A stretch of 64,000 bases of DNA from Raja brachyura (GCA_963514005.1 OY740802.1:17732001-17796000); one strand, 5' to 3'; positions 50,075-63,005 are shown, counted from the stretch's first letter. A program made the numbers and translations. The notes: generated by a model from the sequence alone, not told the origin.

Positions 50075-50445
50075 TACAAGAGATGAGCCAGATTAGAGAC
50101 TACATCAGAGTAACAGCTGGAAAGAACACTCTCAGCACGGTAATGGTCCTAGATGAATATCAAGGCTCTCCTCTTGAACGTCAAGCCCTTTATAATCTCT
50201 CACAGCAGAGCATGGAGCAGATGCTGGACAACATCAGTGGGTATCACTGGTTGAACATGAGATTGGAAGTATGGAGATAATGTAAATAGAGGCTTTCACA
50301 TTTCTTCAGAGCACAGATGTTCGAGGGCTGCTCAGATTTATATGTGGCAGCTAAATCATCGTATCTTTTACAATCTCCACAATATGCTACATTAATGTGG
50401 CCATGTACACTGTCAATATGCCAATGCACAATAATGCGTGGACAA
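50075..50445 (+). mobile_element. Possible ancient R4-clade (Rex6/Dong-like) LINE remnant
   Basis: EMSQIRDYIR and L...L.......EQM.D....YHWL spacing resemble the recalled post-RT region of Rex6-type ORFs. Confidence 0.4.
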
Positions 50446-50807
50446 CAAAGTAGTGTCCAGATGGGTAGGGGTACTTCAGTGCTCAACAATTTTATCACAC
50501 AGGAAGTCATTACTAACTGTGCAGCAATGAACAGAGATGAAAATTACTTTTCAGAGACATATTGGAGATTCCATATTTGTATTTAATCTGCCATACTAAC
50601 TTTTATTTCTGTGGCGGTTTTAACATAATAAATATTCTAATGCTCTTCAGTTATTGGTCCCAGTTGGCATTGAGTCACATTAGGTGATATCAGGAACAGC
50701 GACCAGAAGCACAAATAAAGACATCAATTTTATAACAGAGAAAGCTGAAAACAAACACATCAATCTCGAAGTCAAGATGTTGGCAGATGTGGAACCTCCG
50801 CAGTGCA

Positions 50808-51150
50808 AGTTCAAGTTCAGGTTTATTGTCATATGCATGAATGCAGAGATAAATCAAGTCATGGCAAGCCAAGTAGAGTTTGTTGTCATAGCACAAGTAC
50901 AAGCAAACAACAAGATATTAGTACAAAAATATAATTAGAAAAAAAAGGACAAGTCCATAGTAGTGCAAGAGTTGGACCTGGTCTTCCATTGTCGAGGTGG
51001 GATTAGGGTTGTGCAGGTTGTGCAGAATCTGATAGTTGTAGGAAAATAGCTGTTCCTGAACCTGGTAGTATGGTCCTTCAGGTTTCTGTACCTCTTACTC
51101 GATGTAGCAATAAGAGGATTGGAATACTTGATTTTAGATGCCACCTTCAT
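50808..51150 (-). mobile_element. Rex-Babar-type LINE 3' end
   Basis: SSKRYRNLKDHTTRFRNSYFPTTIRF plus gacaataaa and (cttgaa)n tail. Confidence 0.7.
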
Positions 51151-51429
51151 GAGGCAGTTTTGCAAGCAGAGGATGCTAACAGAGGGATTGCAAAGTTGGA
51201 GGTTCAGCTGAATCACCTCAAAACAAAAAAGTGCTGTCCAAATTTGATAGCTGACCATCAAGCAACATACTGTATATCGCAGGTTAAAACATTTCATGGT
51301 TCATATTCTCTTCACCTTTGCACTTAACAGTATTTAATTAGACTTTGAGATAAATAAAACATTTCTTGCAATATAAATTACCTTTAGTTCTTCCCACTCA
51401 TTTGGGGGATGTGTTTATATTTTTTGTAT

Positions 51430-51510
51430 ATGGGTATGTGTATGTATGCATGTATGTGTGTGTGTGTATATATACACATATACACACACATATATATATT
51501 CACACATATT
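51430..51510. repeat. (TG/TA/CA)n compound microsatellite
   Basis: Seen directly. Confidence 0.85.
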
Positions 51511-51570
51511 CTGTTGCGCTGCTGCTAGTAAGAATGTCATTATTCTGCCTAGGACATATGACAATATAAA

Positions 51571-51846
51571 GGCACGGTGTCAGCAGTGTGGTGCAGCAGT
51601 ATAGTTGCTGCCTGATAGCTCCAGAGTTCGGGTCCGATCCGATTCTGTCTGTATGGAGTTTGTACGTTCTCCCTATGACTACAAGGGTTTTCTCTGGGTG
51701 TTCCGGTTTCTAGGTTAATTAGCTTCAGTAAAAAAATTATAAACTGTCCTTAGTGCGTAGGATAATGTCAGTGTACGGGGTGATCACTGGTCGGCGTGGA
51801 CTCAGTGAGCCAAAGTCGGTTCCACGCTGCATCTCTAAAGTATAAA
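51571..51846 (+). mobile_element. HE1-type V-SINE (internal deletions) inserted in a Rex-type tail
   Basis: gtggtgcagcagtatagttgctgcc, gtatggagtttgtacgttctccc; the flanks join as gacaat..aaacac..gactcttga. Confidence 0.75.
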
Positions 51847-52885
51847 AACGAAACACTTTTGACTCTTGACATGTGAGAATACCATTTCTGACCATATGGA
51901 TTAGTGTTCCTGCCGCCTTTCTTCAAAGAGTCATCAATTGCTTCATTATATTCATTGACAATATCTACAGTTCCTTATTCTGTTATTACTAAAAGGAAAT
52001 TATGAAAGATACTAAGACTGTAAGAGCCTTCTTTTGGCATTAAATATAAGTAGCCATTAGAAAAGATTTGACTAGTAATGAGCTTTTCTGGAACTGAAGC
52101 CAGTCCAGCAATTGCATAATTCTTTGGCTATAATATGGAAGAATCAAAGAAGTGTTTTATGTCCAAGTAGATTATAAAATTTGCTGCATAACTTAGAAAT
52201 AATTTTCAAAGCTGAAGGAATCATTATTTGAGCCATACTAAAACCATCAATTATAAGATTTTTGGATAATTTCATAATTAGCATAAAATGCATTTGTGTC
52301 CAGTTTCACTTAAATTTATTTTGCTTTGGAGTCTTATTTGGGTTTTGTAAAAATATCTCCTTGGGCAGTAGTAATATTGAGATTCAAGGACGCTATAGTA
52401 TCAAAAATGATATTTACCTGAAAATGATTGGGCTAATTATTTCTGCTATGGCTGTGTATATATACCATGTTTTCATTTAACAAGAAAAATGCATTTCAAA
52501 TATTTTCAATTGACTCAAATGTCCTAGACAAAGATGACTCAAAAATCAACAAGATGTCTACAATGATGAGATATCTTGTAAAATGTAGCTGATATTACAA
52601 TGGCCAAAATCAAGTGGAAACTAACTGTTACCCTGGAAAACACAGCCAGCTACCTGCAATTCAGTGTATATTAGACTGTACCTGCGGAACTAAATATCTT
52701 ACAAGCAGGAGGTCAGATAATGAATGGTACGAGCCCAGAACTGAGCAAAAACAGCTGCCCTATAATGTATTGAGCCCAAAGGGCTGACAAATGTCATATC
52801 TGGATCCTCAGCTTCACACCAATGTAGTTAGAATATCTACCAAGGCCCTATTCTTTCAACTAAAATAAGTTTCCCTTATCCTTAA

Positions 52886-52981
52886 CCAGTCTGAAGAAGG
52901 GTCTCGACCGGATACATCACCCATTCCTTCTTTCCAGAGATGCTGCCTGTCCCACTGAGTTACTCCAGCTTTTTGTGTCTA
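52886..52981 (+). mobile_element. PLE terminal repeat fragment beginning at the hammerhead core
   Basis: cagtctgaagaagggtctcgaccggatacatcacccattcc..gagttactccagctttttgtgtct. Confidence 0.75.
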
Positions 52982-53284
52982 AACATTGTGTCTCCATTCC
53001 CTACACAGATCCGCTGTCTTCCTCCAAGATTTAGTACTTTACTCAGTAAAAGTCAGGGAATTCCAAACACATCTTGGTATCCAAGATGAAAAATAATAGC
53101 AATGTATATCCAAGTCAGGTCAGTATATATTGGAAGGAAAATAGATATGCAGATACTTTCCACTTAGCCTTCCACTTGATTGCAGCTCCAAGTTTGCAAG
53201 CTGTTGCCAAAGGAGACTTGGCAAATTGCTGCAGTGCTTCCTGCATAGTATATGCCCTGTTGCCAAATTGGCCCAATGATATAT

Positions 53285-53672
53285 TTCCTCATATTTCACT
53301 TGGGCAGCTTACAACCCAGTGGTATGAGTATTGATTTATGTTGCTTCAAGTAATCCTGGCTTTCCCTCTAGCTCTCTGCCCCTCCCCCACCTTAATCCTA
53401 TTAGTTTCACTGTACTCCTGATTAATTTCACTGTTTATATGCCTCGTATACCTTCCCCACATCCAGTAATGAATCATTGTACATTTCCTTGATCATCGTC
53501 TGCTTTGACCTGTTCTTTTCACACCTTACATGTTCATTGTACCCGTCCATATCTCATTTCCCTCTCTCCTGACTCTAAGTCTGAAGAATGGTCATGACCC
53601 AAAACGTCACCCATTTGTTCTCTCAAGAGATGCTGCCTGACCCACTGAGTTTCTCCAGCAATTTGTGTCTAT
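53285..53672 (+). mobile_element. PLE 3' fragment (GIY-YIG C-terminus plus terminal repeat)
   Basis: LIFHLGSLQPSGMSID and ctgaagaatggtcatgacccaaaacgtc. Confidence 0.8.
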
Positions 53673-53761
53673 CATCAATAATGTGTATAGTTGGTCATTG
53701 TGCCAGAGAATGAAGCACTAATGATGTGAATTTCTTCAAACTGGATCCTAGATCTGGTCAC

Positions 53762-53960
53762 ACAAAAAGCTGGAGAAACTCAGCGGGTGCAGCAGCATCT
53801 AAGGAGCGAAGGAGATAGGCGACGTTTCGGGTTGAGACCCTTCTTCAGACCCAAAACGTCGCCTATCTCCTTCGCTCCTTAGATGCTGCTGCACCCGCTG
53901 AGTTTCTCCAGCTTTTTGTGTAACCCTCGATTCTCCAGCATCTGCAGTTCCTTCTTTAAC
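53762..53960. mobile_element. Young PLE fold-back insertion with 16-bp target-site duplication
   Basis: Near-perfect hairpin at about 53760-53921; tcctagatctggtcac at 53746-53761 and 53961-53976. Confidence 0.9.
53821..53848 (-). ncRNA. Minimal hammerhead ribozyme core in a PLE repeat
   Basis: Sense sequence CTGAAGA-A-GGGTCTCAACCC-GAAA-CG-TC. Confidence 0.6.
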
Positions 53961-56599
53961 TCCTAGATCTGGTCACTGTGGGGTAGATTCAAACCCAGAT
54001 CAAGGAGATGAAATGATAATATACGAATACATTGCAATGCAAAGCCACCTTGCCTTACCTTGCCATGTGGCTACATTGATTTCATTTATTTGTAACCATC
54101 TCCATAAATGGTCTAGAATTTATTTATGGCATTGCAATGATCGCATGTGGAGTTGTTAATATTCCATTGGAAAATCTCCAGCAAGCTATATCAGTCCCAG
54201 GCAATCTTGTGCAAAGCCCCAAATTCATCAATGTGAAATGCTTTGAAATTCAGAATTGATTTGCTTAAAAACATTCACTGCTTCAGTTGTGGGAGGAGAA
54301 AGCCATTGGCTGGTCTGCTTAGTATTTCCTGGTTAGAGTGCTGTAGCATATTCAATTTATTTGTGCTTCCAGGAAGTTCAAGGTAGTAGATTAAGCCACA
54401 AAATGTCTAATTAATGGTTTAAGAACGCAGCCAGAGCAACTTTGGGAAATTTTACATCAATATTTGTGCAAGTGTGCACAATGTTTTTCTACATTCAATT
54501 GCAATGATTGAGTCCTCCAGGTATCAGAAGAAATTGCCATGTTAGATTTTTCTGAAAATGGCTATATCCTAAATGATTATTATTAAAAATCAGAATGAGC
54601 AATGGCAATGGGATACTGAAATAGATTTAGATTTAGCTCCATGCATTATTTAGGATTTAAAATAGTATGGTCTGGAATTTACAAGGCCTACTTTCATTAT
54701 ATTGATTGTTATCTCCCAACATCTTAGTCAGTAATGTCTTACTACCTCATATTATTGGAGACCATAATCTCCAATGATATCTTATGAAGCTCATTTTCAC
54801 ATTTGCTGCAAACCTTATGCTGTCTGCCAGAGTCAGATTATTAATTCCCATATTAAAAAATTATGACTATAACTTATTGGTGCATTCATAATTAATGACA
54901 GAACCAGAATGTTTGGGGATGTGAGGATCATTAGTCATAGATTTGCAAGACGAAAGAGGCAGCAGTGTGTTTTTAATATAAATGATATCTTGGGCAATTA
55001 TGCCAAAAGCTTGCAGAGTAAGCTCTTTTATAGAGGATTTGAAATAATAATGTTACTGCACAGTCAATTATTAAATCTGCAGTGTATTGTAATAACAGAT
55101 CCAAGAGAATTGTGCTTTAGTTTATTTTGTCTTTAGTATTTTCTTCTCAGTTCTTATTTAGAACTGCATTTGACCATAAAACATGTTAAGTTTTCAATTT
55201 CCGGTCTCTGTTTTGTAATGCATTTTTCTTTGGCTTAAGTGACTCCCAGTATTCGCTTTAAATTGCACAACTCTACAAAATATTTTTTTTTATTACAAAG
55301 TGATGTATACTTTCACATGATCTATGTTGTCTTTATGATCAGCATAATGAATTCTTCTGAAGGCATAGTGGAAAAGGTCATGTGTAGCACAAAGCACCCA
55401 ACTTTAATTTCATTGCAGTCTATTACATTGTATTTCCTGGTCTGTTGGGGCTTTATTTTTGATTTTGGTACTTCTAGATTAAGAAGGAATGAAAAATTCA
55501 TCCCGTGTTCCTGCTCCTGGTTGTTTAGCGATGACTCTAATGGATGGCATAAACAAAAATAGATAGATATTATACCAGCTATTAATAGTATAATTCAATT
55601 GATCCAAATATGCCTCAGAAAATCACACCACCCCATTCATCATGAAGTGGAACAATGTATACAATATATACAAAACAATACATACAAAATCTGTGTGCAG
55701 ACAACTTTTAAAATAATTATTATTGAGTAGCCCGCTAGACAAAGGTTGGCACTACACTAAATAGAAAGGAATTTCAGTGGCGGCGCATGGGAATGCAGTG
55801 CCCTAACTTTATTTAACCTTTCCTTTCTAGAATTGCTAAAAATAGTCAAAGAGTCCAAAAACATGCTTAAAAAAACGTCATCCCTGGGATGGATCCTTCT
55901 GAACTGTTAATCATCATTATTTAACCGAGATTACTCTGTTCTTTTCCATGAAAGCTTTCCCTGGTCACAAATATAACCCACCCGGTGATTTTCCTGCTTG
56001 TTGCAATCGATGCAGCTCAGGTTACCCTGAGTAAATGGTAGCAGCTCATCTTGAGGTGAATCTTGTCTGGTTTTTCTCTCTCAAGTGGCATTGAAGTTGA
56101 GGAAACATGTTTCCAATACATTCTGAACTGATGAAGCTGATGCCCAAGTTCATCTTGATTGCTTGGGTAGTTTACATCCCCCAGCGGTATGAGCATTGAC
56201 TTCCCTAAATTCAGGTAGCCCTTGCTCTCTCTCTCTTCATCCCATTTAGGGGACAGTGGTAAATCCCAAAACTGAATGCAAGGATGATCTGTGCTATCAG
56301 GCCCACATGGACCTGTTATCTCCAGCATGGCCCCTTGTACAGACTTTCAACAGTAGCCCAACTTCCAGTGTATCAGCACACCTGGGTGGAGCACAGAGGC
56401 TTCCCCAGTACAGCCAGCCAGCGGTACTCAGAGAACAGCTTTAACAGCCAATCACAAATGGAGCAATTTTATTCACCACACCAACATCAAAGCAGAAAAT
56501 ATGAGAAGCACTCACCAAATCTGGTTACATCTGTGAAAAACATACAGATTTAAGGTTTTAGGTTGGTGACCTTATGACGTGCTGAGTTATTCATATAGT

Positions 56600-57450
56600 C
56601 CTAGTTATAGAGTTAGTTATACACCATGGAAACTTGCCCTTCGGGCCAACTCGTCCATGCCAACCAAAGTGCTGACCTGAACTTGTCCAATTTACTACCA
56701 CTGTATATCATTTAAAATATTTTCTATCCCTAAACTTGTCCACATTCTTTAAACTTTCTAATTGTACTATCTGTACACTTCCTCCAGCAGGTTGTTCCAT
56801 TTACCCACCATCATTGGTGCAGATGGCCTTGCCCCTTCAGTTTAAACCTATGCTATCGTATTTTAGACACCCCGATCCTGCTATAAGGACTGTAAACATT
56901 CATCTTATCTATGTCCCTCATGGTTTTATAAACCTCAATAAGGTCACCCATCAGTCTCCCTAACTTCAACTTCACAAAGCTTCTAATTCAGGCAACATCC
57001 TCTGCAAGCTTAGTCACATCCTTCCTACAGTATGATGACCAGATCACACTGTACTCCAAGTGTGGTCTCACTAATGTCTTGCATAGCAGTAACATGGCAT
57101 CTCAACTCTTGTACTCAATGCCCTGACCGATGAAAGAGTGTGTGCCAAATGCCTTCCTCTGCACTCTTTCTACCCATGTCGTCACTTTCAGTGAACTATA
57201 TACTTATATGCACTTCTACCTCAAGTTCTCTCTATTCTACAACACTCCAGGGCCCTGCCATTTACGTTCATCATGCCCTGGCTCAACTTCCAAAATGCAT
57301 CATTCAGCACGTGTCCAAGTTAAATTCTATCAGCAATTCTCTTGCCCGCCTTACTGGTTGAACTTGATCCACTTGTAGCCTTAGATAGAACTCCTTCAAT
57401 GATGAGTACCAGTTTTGGTACCATCCACAAATTTATTAATCATGCTGTGT
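56600..57450 (-). mobile_element. CR1 LINE RT-to-3' fragment (old)
   Basis: gtactccaagtgtggtctcac (rc of VRPHLEY), caactcttgtactcaatg, catggaaacttgcccttcgggccaac tail. Confidence 0.7.
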
Positions 57451-57917
57451 ATACTCTCTGTGTATGGTGCTCAGAGGGTTAACAGAATCGTACAGCATGA
57501 AACAAGCACTTCAACATCTAGTCCAGGTCAACAATCAATTTACATGAATTCAACACAAATCAAATGTTATTTCCCCACATTCCCATTAACTAACCTCTAA
57601 TTATATTACTGACCTACATACTCAGCTGCAGAGACCAATTAACATACCAACCAGCACATCTTTAAGATGTCGGGCAAAATACCACCCTCACATTTTCTCC
57701 CAGCTACAGGTCGAGTTATCTTTCAAGTTGTCCATCCATCACCATTGCAGTCCATGTTCTAGATATGGTATTTTTCATTTTGTGCTCCACAGACATCAAA
57801 TGATAGTGTGGAGTGATGGTTCAGTAACGGACAATGACTCCGTCTTTCACACAAACAAAAAACACCTGGTGGAAACAGTCATGGAATACCACTAGCAGAC
57901 TTCAATTGTTAAGCCAA

Positions 57918-58065
57918 AGATAGACACAAAAAGCTGGAGTAACTCAGCGGATTAGGCACCATCTCTGGAGAAAAAGAATAGGTGATGTTTCGGGTTGAGT
58001 CCCTTCTTCAGACTGAGAGTCACGGCAAAGGGAAATGAGGGATATAGATGATGATATTGAGAGAC
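57918..58065 (-). mobile_element. PLE terminal repeat fragment
   Basis: agatagacacaaaaagctggagtaactcagcgg..gtttcgggttgagtcccttcttcagactgagagtc. Confidence 0.75.
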
Positions 58066-59288
58066 ATCTTTCCCTATTGGTTATATTGAATTGATTGATT
58101 GAAAGATACAGCATGGAAACAGGCCCTGAGGCCTATTTAGTCCATGCTGACCATTGATCACCCATTCACACTCCTTCTATATTTAATGTTTGTATTGTGT
58201 TTACTTAGATCCCAAACATTAAACAGGTAAGTTTATGAATCTTTAGACATCTAATTTTTAAACATCCCTTGTGCAATTGAATAACAACAATCCTGCTTTG
58301 GTCACCTCAAGCCAACAAAGAAATCAGGAGGTTTCAATAAACCACAGATTCATGCACAGAAGCTTAAAATGATCAAACACCTTCTGAATTATTAAGCTTG
58401 ATGAAGGCAGAAGAAAAGTCAGTCTCAAAAGTGGAAAAAGAAACTGCTCTTATTAGTTTTAGACTTTAATCCCATCGCCCTCTGGCAGCAGGTTTTACTG
58501 ACGGTTTAATATTCCAGCAGCATCTTTTAATGTATCCAGCAACAAAAAATTAACCAGGCTCTTTTTGCATTGCTTTTATGGCCATGTAATTAGATTAGCA
58601 TTAGATGTTTAAAATATTATACATCACAAACTGTTTGATCCCATTTGTCCAATCAAAATACATAAAAGCTCTATTAAATAGACACCAATGTGTTTAAATG
58701 TCCTTATAATATTTACCAAATGTTTGATGAAAATATTATGTATATTAATCATATTTTAACCTGTTTAAAGGGGTTTGAGGTTTTAGGATATTTTTGGCTG
58801 CACTCTTTTTATCTTCTATGCTTAATACTTGGGCAAGATAAATATGCTTTCCTTTAGTCTTCGAAAAGAAGCTTGAGGAATTTAGAATGCTGAAATAGAT
58901 AATCCCAATACCTGAGGGAATGATATTTTTGCTTTCATTTTGATTCAATTTGAGGTATAGAATTACACTGAATATAACCAATCCAAGGAATTATGTGTAT
59001 CTTCCGCTGACTATTTGACACCGACTATGAGTCAACCAAAATACTTCAGAAATTATAGCCTGGAGATTAGAGCACATAACACCATATTGTAGTGTACAGC
59101 ATGATCGAATTTCAATGAAGAATAAACTGTGGTTGAAAATTGATGGACTCTGTGTAAGCTCCATGAAGAACTTGAAAAGAGAGAATACAAGTTAATATTC
59201 AGTAGCGGAGAAGGTGTTGAAGGGTAGAATATAGTGAACATCTCCGATAGGATGAAACCAAATTAATTAACGTTGTTTTGGGAGGGGA

Positions 59289-59600
59289 TTTAGACTTTAG
59301 ACTTTAGAGTTTGGAGATACAACACGGAAACAGACCCTTTGGCCCACCGAGTCCGAGCCGACCCGCAATCCTCATACACTAACATTATCCTACACAATAG
59401 GAATAATTTTACTATTTTGCCAACACTAATTAATTTACAAACTTGTACCCCTTTGGAGTTTGGGAGGACACCAGAGCACCCGGAGAAAAAACACGCGATC
59501 ACAGGGAGAACATACAAACTCAATGCAGGCAGCATCCGTAGTCAGGATCGAACCCTCGTCTATGGCACTGTCAGGCAGCATCTCCACCGTTGTGCCACCC
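59289..59600 (-). mobile_element. HE1-type V-SINE
   Basis: (actttag)n tail, V-domain and head on the minus strand. Confidence 0.88.
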
Positions 59601-59650
59601 CAAATTGTGTGTTTGACATGTACCTTGAATCTGACTTTTACACGGGGCCC

Positions 59651-60136
59651 TGTCTACCTCTTAATTATGACTCCGAACGGGACAGCGCACAAATGAAATC
59701 TTGCAGAACGGTGGTGAGTTAATCAAATAAGTCGCTTTATTCAAGGCCTTAACAGTATATACTGGGTAATGCTCTGAGAGAAACCAAAGTATTTCAATGG
59801 TTCACAGTATCCACAGCCTTAACACTCTGTGATTCAATGGTTCCATGCGGTTTTGCATTTTTGAAATGATTCATCAGTGATCAATGTCTCGTTGTAATCT
59901 TTCATCCTTGTTTTCTCTCTCATCGAGTAACCTTCAACTTTCAGTACCTTCTTAATTAATTTAAATATATAATTCTTTCATTTGTCAGGTAAATGGGTGT
60001 ACTAAAGTATCTGTCTTATATCTCTACAGTTTTATAGCCCCTTCCTGGTTTACAATCTGCTATTTTTCATATTTACTTCAACAGGCTATGTCTTCTAATC
60101 TAAACCTCCTAAATCTATCTATTGCCTCTTCTAACA
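59651..60136 (-). mobile_element. Candidate solo LTR
   Basis: TGT...ACA ends; minus-strand TATAAAA (60030-60036) upstream of AATAAA (59736-59741); no clean TSD. Confidence 0.3.
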
Positions 60137-60611
60137 TGACCTTTACATTAACTTCACTGCATCGGCCTCTTTTCCTGTCATGTTTCCCCGGTGTGTAAAC
60201 TCATGGGTTAAGCATATTACAAATGTGCCGCATATTACAAATGTCCCAGAATTTCCCACATCAAAGGCAATTCAGAGCAATTCTTCAAGGTCAAATTTTG
60301 GTCGAATATATAGACTCAATGGCAGGGACCTATGGAATGTTGATGTACAGAGAGACCCTGAGGTGCAGTGCAAAGCTACCTAAAAATGATGACACAAGTG
60401 GATAGAGAAGGAAAAGAAACTTCTTGTCTGCTTGCCTACATAAGAGATTGAGTATAAGAGCTGCAGTGACAAGTTGCAGTTGTCAGAGTATTGTGTACAG
60501 TTCTGGTTGCCAGAATACAGGAAGGATACAGTAATAATAAAATGCATATGAGATACACCAGGATGTTGCCAGTGGAAGGCAATAAGTATAAGGAGTATTA
60601 TACATAAGAAG

Positions 60612-60885
60612 TATAAAAAATGCTGGAATAACTCAGTGGGACATGCAGCATATCTGGAGATGGAATGGGTGACGTTTCTGGTCAAGACACCTCTTCAGAC
60701 TGATGTCGGGAGTGGGCGGTACATAGCTAAGGAAATGTATACATAAGAAAGTGTATGGTCTGAAAACAGGTCAAAGGGAATAGTGATAAAGGAAAATGTA
60801 GAATAGATCATTGTTAGTTGGGAGAAGGTAATAACAAAGCAAACAAAGATAAATTGTAGTCGGAGGCAATAAAACTGGGCGGAGT
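60612..60885 (-). mobile_element. PLE 3' fragment
   Basis: aaaatgctggaataactcagtgggac..gacgtttctggtcaagacacctcttcagac..aatgtagaatagatcattgttag. Confidence 0.75.
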
Positions 60886-61090
60886 TCTGTTTAATTCTCT
60901 GCCTCAAAAGGCAGTGGAGGCCAATTTTCTGGATGCTTTCAAGAGAAAGTTAGATAGAGCTCTTAAAGATAGCGGAGTCAAGGGATATGGCGAGAAGGCA
61001 GGAACGGGGTACTGATTGTGGATGATCAGCCAAGAAGGGCCTCGAAGGGCCGAATGGCCTACTCCTGCACCTATTGTCTATTGTCTATTA
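60886..61090 (+). mobile_element. CR1 3' end
   Basis: aattctctgcctcaaaaggcagtggaggcc..gaagggccgaatggcctactcctgcacc(tattgtc)n. Confidence 0.85.
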
Positions 61091-61193
61091 TCTGCAGTTC
61101 CTTCCGACACAACTATAAGGAGAGATTGGATAGAATGGGTTTATTCCACTGAAAATTAGGAGACTGAGGGGTGAATTTATAGAGGTTTACAAA

Positions 61194-61927
61194 CATAGAT
61201 GTCTCCACCGGGTGGCGCCGTGATGGCAGTTTCGCCAACAGTCTATCACCTTTCACCTTTTTTTGGTTATTTTTAGTGTGTTTTAAAAGTTTGTGTTAAT
61301 GTTCTCTGGTTTGTTTTATGTGAGGTGTGGGGGAGGGGGTCGGAGATGCGATTGTTTTTCCGGTTCTTATCTCCGGTCGCTCTGCGGCCTAACATCGTGG
61401 AGCTGGATGCCTTGCTCGGGACTGACTTTGAGCCCCAACGCGGGCATGGACTTCATCAGAGCCGATCCCTTGCCTGGGATTGATGCTCCAACCATGGCCT
61501 GCAGATTTTCACATCACAGAGCTCGCAGTCTCGGGGAGAGACGAGTCGGGAGGCTCCAACGAGGCAGAAGGTTTGTGTAGCCCTGACCCGGGGTCCGATC
61601 ACCCGGTGCGGGAAGCTGACATCCCCCGTTGTAGGAGCTTGATCGCTTCGACATGGAGGCCCCGCCGTCAGCTACGGGAGTAAATTTGTCCCGTCAACGG
61701 AAGGTTAGAGGCCCCCGACCGCTGGCGGAGAAAGAAGGGAAGAGATTCAACTTTTTTTTCACCTTCATTCATTGTGAGGAATGTGGAGGAGTCACTGTGG
61801 TGGATGTTAATGTTAAAATGTATTTTGTGTGTTCTGTTGCTTTTTATTAGTATGACTGTATGGCAAATCAAATTTCTCATACGTTGCAAAACCTACTTGG
61901 CTAATAAAGTATGATGATGATGAAGAT
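61194..61927 (+). mobile_element. Non-coding retroelement with Rex-Babar-type tail, copy 2, inserted in a CR1 (about 61113-61193 and 61928-62272)
   Basis: gtggcgccgtgatggcag head, T-rich and G-rich blocks, GC-rich core, cattgtgagg..gtcactgtggtggatg, aaatttc..aataaa(gat)n; the flanks rejoin as CR1 gaggtttacaaa|aattatg. Confidence 0.6.
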
Positions 61928-62477
61928 AATTATGCTGGTTATAGATAGGATAGATCATGGGAATCTTTTCATAGGGGAATCTAAATCTGGAGGATGTAGA
62001 TTTTGAGTGATGTTGGGAAAATATAAAAGAGATCTGAGAGTTCCTGAGAGTGCAGTGAACATTTGGAATGATCTGCCAGATAAGGTAGTAGAGGTAGATT
62101 CAATTACAATACATAAAAGGCATTTGGATAGATACTGTACCTGGTGAGGAAAGAAGTAGAAGCATGTATTCTCAATATAGGTACGCTGATTAGCATGAAT
62201 AATCATCATGGTAACCCAGGATGTGATGGACCTTAAATGCATATTTCTGTGCTGTACGTTTCTATTATTCTAAGACAACCTATAATGTTAACTATTTTTC
62301 TCATCCAATATGAGACCTGATCCGTAAATAATTCTCAGCGCTATTTGCTTTTATTCTTGGTTTGCTTCATTAACTCTGTCTGGCAATGTCTCTGATTTAT
62401 ATTTCTGATTTATATTTCTTATCCTGATGATTTTGAAATTATTTATTACATTATTTATTACATTTTTAATCAGGATG

Positions 62478-62570
62478 TCTGTGCAGGGTTTCGGCCCGAA
62501 ACGTTGCCTGTTTCCTTCGCTCCATAGATGCTGTTGCACCCGCTGAGTTTTTCCAGCATTTTTGTGTACC
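62478..62570 (+). mobile_element. PLE terminal repeat fragment
   Basis: agggtttcggcccgaaacgttgcc..gatgctgttgcacccgctgagtttttccagc. Confidence 0.7.
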
Positions 62571-62769
62571 AGCAAGTAATAATAATGACTCTTGTTCCTT
62601 GCCCAGAATATTGGAAGGAATAATGCTTGCCACGATGTGAGGAAACCAGTGATCAATTTGGGACCTATTGCTTTTGTAGTTAGGAATTGTCTTGGTAATA
62701 ATCTGACATCGTGAGGAAATGGAGAAAAAGGTGAAGGAATCTAAGTAGAGATTGTATCAAAAATTAACA

Positions 62770-63005
62770 GGGTGGCATGGTGGCACAGAGGTAGATTTGC
62801 TGTCTTACAGTGCCAGAGGCCCGGGTTTGATCCCGGCTACAGGTGCTGTCTGGGAATTTGTGCATTCTCCCTGTGACAGCATGGTTTTCTCCAAGATCTC
62901 CAGTTTCCTACCACACTCCAAAGACGTACAGGTTTGTAGGCTAATTGGCATGGTATAATTGTAAATTGTCTCTAGTGCATGTAGGATAGTGCAAGTGTGC
63001 GGGAA
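62770..63005 (+). mobile_element. HE1-type V-SINE interrupted by DIRS-C
   Basis: A/B boxes and V-domain present; stops at gtgtgcggga where the tail gatcgctggtcgg.. is expected. Confidence 0.88.

Noticed and set aside
60212-60246. 18-bp tandem duplication gcatattacaaatgt.cc (a similar one lies near 951-995)
   Set aside because: Ordinary slippage duplications with no further structure
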